In this document: piece after piece, positions 57,404 to 64,000 of the stretch
Position numbering within the stretch: position 1 is the stretch's first letter
Layout of the letters: each line of letters begins with the position of its first letter
The notes under the pieces: generated by a model
Databases searched by the model: none
What the model saw: only the letters and a program-made list of their open reading frames with translations
What the model was told of the DNA's origin: nothing
From: Candidatus Multivoradales bacterium
GTDB lineage: Bacteria > Acidobacteriota > Thermoanaerobaculia > Multivoradales > JAHEKO01
Reading direction: 5' to 3'
Length of the DNA: 64,000 nt
NCBI GenBank assembly: GCA_965223855.1
Contig: CBDCXM010000008.1
Location: 1 to 64,000, forward strand
Translations under genes and position numbers: made by a program

Positions 57404-57408
57404 GGGCG

Positions 57409-57777
57409 ATGCCCACCTTCCGGCAGCGTGACGAGACTCCGGTCGTCGTTTTCGACGCCGCGCTGGAGATCTCCCCGTTCACGCTCTTCCGGAGGCTGAG
57501 CGACGGGATCGAGACGACGCTGATCGACGTACGCCCGGAACGCGGCGGCAGGGAACTCGCCGGCGCCCTCTCGATCGACGACCTGCCGGACGATCGCCAA
57601 CAGCCGATAGTCTTGTTCGACGACGACGGGAGCCGCGCCCTCGAGCATGCCCGAAAGCTCCAGGAGGCCGGCTACCCGTTCGCCAAGGCGCTCTTCGGCG
57701 GCCTCGACCTCTACGAGTTCTCTCTCGACCCCGAAGTGGTCGGCGCCGAGACCTTCCTCGTCAGGAACCCTGACTGA
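57409..57777 (+). CDS. Rhodanese-like domain protein (no catalytic Cys)
   Basis: 'LIDVR', 'ARKLQEAGY', 'ALFGGL'. Confidence 0.72.
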   Translation: MPTFRQRDETPVVVFDAALEISPFTLFRRLSDGIETTLIDVRPERGGRELAGALSIDDLPDDRQQPIVLFDDDGSRALEHARKLQEAGYPFAKALFGGLDLYEFSLDPEVVGAETFLVRNPD

Positions 57778-58793
57778 CCGAGCCGTCGGCGCCAACGGTC
57801 CACAACTCGCCCGAGTAGAGGAGCTCTTCCAGGGTGCCCTGGCCGCGAGATTCGATCTCGCCCTCGATCTGCCCGACCACACCGCCGTCGTAGCTCGGCT
57901 CATCGATCGCCCGCATGATCCCCACGGGGGTGGGGAATGCCGGCGGCACCATCTGCGCCATCATGAACGCGGCGGTCGGGTTGGGGTTCGTCTCGTCCCA
58001 GACCAGGCAGTCGTCGGCCGTGAACCCGTCAGAGAACTTCACCACCTCGAGCTCCGTTCCCACCAGCCTCACGCCGCGATCCTTCTCCTTGCCGAAGACC
58101 ATCGGTTGACCGTGCTCCAGGAAGAGCGTCTGGTCGTCGCGCACGTCCTTCTCCGTCATGTACGCGAAGGCCTTGTCGTTGAAGATGTTGCAGTTCTGGT
58201 AGATCTCGATGAACGCGGTCCCCTCGTGCTCGGAGGCGCGCATGAGCGTGTCCCTGAGGTGTGCCTGGTAGATGTCCACGCTGCGAGCGACGAAAGTCGC
58301 CCCCGCTCCGACAGCCAGCGCCAGCGGGTTGAAGGGAGTGTCCAGCGAGCCGACCGGTGTCGACTTGGTGCGCTTCCCCACCTCGCTGGTCGGAGAGTAC
58401 TGCCCCTTCGTGAGGCCGTAGATGCGGTTGTTGAACAGCAGCACTTTCACGCCGACGTTGCGGCGGAGGAGATGGATCAGATGGTTGCCACCGATCGACA
58501 TCGCGTCGCCGTCGCCGGTCGCGATCCACACCTGGAGGTCCGGTCGGGTGATCTTGAGCCCGGTCGCTACGGCAGGCGCCCGGCCGTGAATGGCGTGAAA
58601 GCCGTAGGAGTCGACGTAGTACGGGAAGCGGCTGGAACAGCCGATGCCCGAGACGACGACGAACTTCTCCTTCGGCAGACCGAGCTTCGGCATGATCGTC
58701 TGCATCGCCGAGAGAATGGCGTAGTCGCCGCAGCCGGGGCACCAGCGAACCTCCTGATCGGATTGGAAGTCCTTCTTCGTCAGCGTCGGGGTG

Positions 58794-58804
<11 letters not shown>
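57761..58804 (-). CDS. korB: 2-oxoacid:ferredoxin oxidoreductase beta subunit
   Basis: 'WCPGCGD', 'SGIGCSSR', 'GDGD', 'YGLTKGQYSPT'. Confidence 0.93.
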
Positions 58805-60689
<1,885 letters not shown>

Positions 60690-60748
60690 GGGCGGATCTC
60701 CGCGAGAAATGGCGACTCGGTGAGTCGGTCCCGAAAGAAGGGGTCTAG

Positions 60749-60805
60749 GGGAAGGAGCTCGGGAAGGAGTTCGGGAAAGGGTTCGGGACAGGATGTTCGG
60801 GAACC
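60749..60805. repeat. Degenerate ~12-bp tandem repeat upstream of korA
   Basis: GGGAAGGAGCTC GGGAAGGAGTTC GGGAAAGGGTTC GGGACAGGATGTTC GGGAACC. Confidence 0.75.
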
Positions 60806-61244
60806 GACGCTGCTGCGGGCTCGGCGGTCGTGCCCCCTCGCCCGAGCGTAGGCTCCCGGATCGGGAATCTTGGCGTCTAGGTGCGTTCTCGGATCGGCGG
60901 CCGAACGTAGGGACCGGTCATGGGCGACCGGGCCGGGGAAAGGGCGGAGCGACAGCAACGCGGCGTTTCCGGTGGCTCGAAGGCGCCCGGCTCGCAGCGC
61001 TGACGTTAGGACTTTAGCAGACGCCCGGGGCCTCTCAAAGAGGCGCTCCTCCTCGCTTTCGACCCTCGAATCGAGCCGTCTGTCACGGCAGCGAACGGCG
61101 GGTGGCGTAGGATCGAGCGGTTCGACTCCGCCCGCCAACGTAGCTGCTGAGTCGCACCTCGAACCCGGTCGATGGAACTCGGGGCGAGACTCAGCGTAGG
61201 TAACGGGGACGGGCGGTGCTTCTGCGCCGCCACGTCAACGATCG

Positions 61245-63194
61245 ATGCGCTCGCCGACTCCAGCCCGAATCTTCTGGCTCACGCTCGTCGTGGCCGGGCT
61301 CGCGCTCGGGATCGGCGGATGGCTACTCGAACCGTCGCTGCAGCGCACGATGGTTCGAATCGCCTTTGTCAGCGTTGCCTGTCTCGCTCTCTTTGCCCTC
61401 AGTCTCAGGTTCCTTCGCTGGTATCTGTGGCGTGTCGGCCGCCGGCTCGCGTTCTCCTACTTCCTGATCGGTGTCCTGCCGATCCCGATGGTCGCGGCCG
61501 TCGGGGCGATCTCCCTATATCTGCTCTCCGGCTACTTCCTGAGTCACCAGTACCGAACCGCCGTCGCTACGCTGCACTCGGACCTCGAACGGGAAGCCCG
61601 CACAGCCCTCGCTCACTTCGACAGCCGTGTCGCATCGCTCTATCGCCAGCCCGAGGAAGGCCTCGCCCTCTACGTCTCCGGGCGCCGGGTCGGCGGAGGC
61701 AGCCAGGCCCCCGAGAGCTGGCCATCCTGGGCCGAGCCCGGGGACGGCGATTCCCCTCGAATGTGGCTACTCGAGAACGGGGGCCTGGCCATCGCTGCAA
61801 CCGCGATCGACGGCTCCAGAGCCGCCCTCGCCTACTTCGACGGCCCACTCGGACCGGAACTGGCGCGACGGAGCGGAGTCTGGGTCACCTTTGTCGATCC
61901 CTCCAAACGCGCGCCGGGCTCCTCGGTCACCCTGCAGCTCGGCTCGGGAGAGTACGCACTGGCAAACATGTCCGCCGGCACCGACCAGCAGGCGAGGGAC
62001 CGGTTCCTCGGCATCGACGGCACCGAGACGTGGAAGGAAAGGCCGATTCTGTGGTGGGGCGAGGTCGCCGGACCGTTGCTGCGGCTCGCCGACGGCACGG
62101 AGATCAGCGAATGGATGACGGCTTCTCTCAACGGCACGGTGGCGTCGCTGGAGGAACAGATGTTCTCGACCTCGGCGGAGCTCAATGCCGCCGTGTGGGC
62201 GAGCCTGATCGGCGTCACCGGGCTGCTGTCGTCGATCTACCTCATCGCCGTCGCGATGGCGCTGTTCATGATCTACAGCCTGAGTCGTGCGGTGAACCGG
62301 CTGAGCCTCGCCACCGACGCCGTCCGCTCGGGTGACTTTTCGAAGCGGATTCCCGTACGACGCAAGGATCAGATCGGAGATCTGCAGCATTCGTTCAACG
62401 ACATGATCGGCAACCTCGAGACGCTGGTGGACACGGCGGCCCAGAAGGAGCTGATCGAGAAGGAACTCGTGCTGGCGCGCGACCTCCAGGAGAGCCTGCT
62501 ACCTGCCGAGCTGCCGGCGACCGAGAGGGTCGAGTTCTCGACGCTGTTCGAACCGAGCGCGGCGATCGGCGGCGACTATTTCGACATCCTGCGCATCGAC
62601 GCCGACAGGCTGGCGATCGTCATCGCCGACGTCTCGGGACACGGTCTCCCGACCGGACTGCGGATGGCGATGCTCAAGGCCGCCCTCGTCATCCTCGTCG
62701 AAGAGCAGAAGCCGCCGAGCGAAATCCTGCGTCGGTTGAACTCGATGGTGCGGGCGGAAAAGCAGCAGCGCTTCTTCGTGACCGCCACGATCGCGGTCGT
62801 CGATTTCTCGGCCGGCACGCTGGAAATCACCAACGCAGGACACCCGCCGACCTACCTGCTGCGCAACGGCGAGGTTCAGGAAATCCTCCTCGCCGGAAGC
62901 CCGCTGGGTGCCCTCGACGAGAACTACCGCCACGAGCGGATCGATCTCGAGGCGGGCGATGTGGCCGTATGGCTCTCCGACGGACTCATCGAGGCGACCA
63001 ACCCCGAGGACGAAGTGTTCGGCTACGACGCCACGGTCGCTGCGCTCGAGGGATCGGCGGAGTCCGCGACAGCGGTGCGGAATCGACTCCTGGACGCCGT
63101 GCGAGCCCACACCGCCGGTCGATCGGCCGACGACGACCGCACCCTGGTGGCCATGCACTACTTCCCCGGCCGGGCGACCTCGACCGATTCCTGA
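61245..63194 (+). CDS. Membrane PP2C/SpoIIE (RsbU-like) phosphatase with HAMP domain
   Basis: TM helices, HAMP 'DQIGDLQHSFNDM', 'IGGDYFD', 'IADVSGHG', 'NAGH', 'SDGLIE', 'DDRT'. Confidence 0.92.
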   Translation: MRSPTPARIFWLTLVVAGLALGIGGWLLEPSLQRTMVRIAFVSVACLALFALSLRFLRWYLWRVGRRLAFSYFLIGVLPIPMVAAVGAISLYLLSGYFLSHQYRTAVATLHSDLEREARTALAHFDSRVASLYRQPEEGLALYVSGRRVGGGSQAPESWPSWAEPGDGDSPRMWLLENGGLAIAATAIDGSRAALAYFDGPLGPELARRSGVWVTFVDPSKRAPGSSVTLQLGSGEYALANMSAGTDQQARDRFLGIDGTETWKERPILWWGEVAGPLLRLADGTEISEWMTASLNGTVASLEEQMFSTSAELNAAVWASLIGVTGLLSSIYLIAVAMALFMIYSLSRAVNRLSLATDAVRSGDFSKRIPVRRKDQIGDLQHSFNDMIGNLETLVDTAAQKELIEKELVLARDLQESLLPAELPATERVEFSTLFEPSAAIGGDYFDILRIDADRLAIVIADVSGHGLPTGLRMAMLKAALVILVEEQKPPSEILRRLNSMVRAEKQQRFFVTATIAVVDFSAGTLEITNAGHPPTYLLRNGEVQEILLAGSPLGALDENYRHERIDLEAGDVAVWLSDGLIEATNPEDEVFGYDATVAALEGSAESATAVRNRLLDAVRAHTAGRSADDDRTLVAMHYFPGRATSTDS

Positions 63195-63908
63195 TCAGCC
63201 CTGATCGGGCGGTGGGTCGATGCCCAGGAAGCCGTAGATCCGACGGATGTAGTTCCGCGTCTCGGTGTAGGGCGGCACACCGCGATACCTCTCCACAGCC
63301 CCCTCGCCGGCGTTGTAGGCGGCCAGCACCAACGGCAGATCGGACGAGTACTGTTCCAGCAGCCGACCGAGATAGCGCACCCCGGCGCTGATGTTGATCT
63401 CGGCGTCGAAGAGTTCCTGAGGAGCCACACCGAGGCTCCTCCCGGTCGCCGGCATCAGCTGCATCAGCCCCCGGGCGCCCTTGGGCGACACCGCCTGAAC
63501 ATCGAAAGCGGACTCGGCTCGGACGATCGCCACCACCAGCCTCGGATTGACGTCTCTCTCCTGCGAAAAGCGGTGAATGAACTCTCCGAACGGAACATCC
63601 GGGACCGGAGCATCCTCGGGAAAACCGAGGTCGATGGAAGCGTCTTCTGGAAGGTCGAGCACAGGAGCCGCTACGGCACTCGAGATCTCGTCCTCGATGA
63701 TCCGCTCGATGCGGGTCACCGACAGCACCAGCTCTCCTCCCCGGTCCAGTTCGAGCCTCATCCGCTCGCCTTCGAGGTGGTAGGCGGAGACGGTGAGGAA
63801 GCGACCGTTGTCGAGAACGACGATCTCGGCCGGGGACGCCGAGGCCCACAGGACGAACAGGCAGAACAGGCCCCGAGGGACGGCCGCCAGGCCCGGTCGA
63901 CAACTCAT
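63195..63908 (-). CDS. Lytic transglycosylase (SLT domain)
   Basis: 'AESAF', 'GARGLMQLMP', 'AAYNAG', 'ETRNY'. Confidence 0.92.
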   Translation of the reverse strand: MSCRPGLAAVPRGLFCLFVLWASASPAEIVVLDNGRFLTVSAYHLEGERMRLELDRGGELVLSVTRIERIIEDEISSAVAAPVLDLPEDASIDLGFPEDAPVPDVPFGEFIHRFSQERDVNPRLVVAIVRAESAFDVQAVSPKGARGLMQLMPATGRSLGVAPQELFDAEINISAGVRYLGRLLEQYSSDLPLVLAAYNAGEGAVERYRGVPPYTETRNYIRRIYGFLGIDPPPDQG

Positions 63909-63918
63909 CTGCGCCCTC

Positions 63919-63999
63919 TCATCGCTCGGACCTGGGGTGGTGCCGGTCGTAGACCGAGCGCAGACGATGGGCGTGGATGTGCGTGTAGATCTGAGTCGT
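63919..63999 (-). CDS. xerD: 3' end of a XerC/XerD tyrosine recombinase (continues beyond the window)
   Basis: Reverse frame reads TTQIYTHIHAHRLRSVYDRHHPRSER*, the conserved Xer C-terminus containing the catalytic Tyr; xerC vs xerD not resolvable from this fragment. Confidence 0.8.
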   Translation of the reverse strand, partial: TTQIYTHIHAHRLRSVYDRHHPRSER

Positions 64000-64000
64000 C

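Noticed and set aside
61110-61140. tRNA or tmRNA suggested by GGTTCGACTCC...CCA
   Set aside because: No matching acceptor stem, D arm or anticodon arm could be built
63919-64000. Phage or island integrase marking a mobile element
   Set aside because: The C-terminus matches housekeeping XerC/D, and no att site or mobile genes are visible

Overview
High-GC bacterial chromosomal window. Gene content suggests Acidobacteriota, possibly Thermoanaerobaculia-like (inference only). Layout: (1) 1-19.7 kb is a surface-glycan locus with Wzm/Wzt ABC export (wzt has a +1 frameshift), many GT2/GT4 glycosyltransferases, a priming sugar transferase, a sulfotransferase, an ArnT/PMT-like membrane GT, a Thr-type sulfatase-like enzyme and an embedded C25 (gingipain/PorU-family) peptidase. 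(2) 19.8-30.7 kb is a type II FAS/PKS-like lipid cluster: ACP, KS, CLF-like KS, GT2, FabG, MMPL, AMP-ligase and a flavin-dependent halogenase-like gene. (3) An M16 peptidase pair and a fused E1 alpha/beta dehydrogenase follow. (4) 36.2-48.5 kb is the most unusual part: a sigma54 activator with a degenerate GGDEF domain, three tandem unannotated 56-57 aa secreted-peptide genes sharing an invariant 25-aa core, a beta-propeller sensor diguanylate cyclase, a GGDEF-EAL protein, and a RiPP-like cassette (S24/S26 peptidase, HPr-kinase-like protein, PqqD/RRE, radical SAM, unannotated 54-aa Cys2 precursor). (5) The rest holds peptidoglycan enzymes, an ECF sigma/anti-sigma/PDZ trio, 2-oxoacid:ferredoxin oxidoreductase, a SpoIIE phosphatase, an SLT and the 3' end of a Xer recombinase. 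No rRNA, tRNA, CRISPR array or IS element was recognised. All calls come from motif recognition by eye; no database searches were run.
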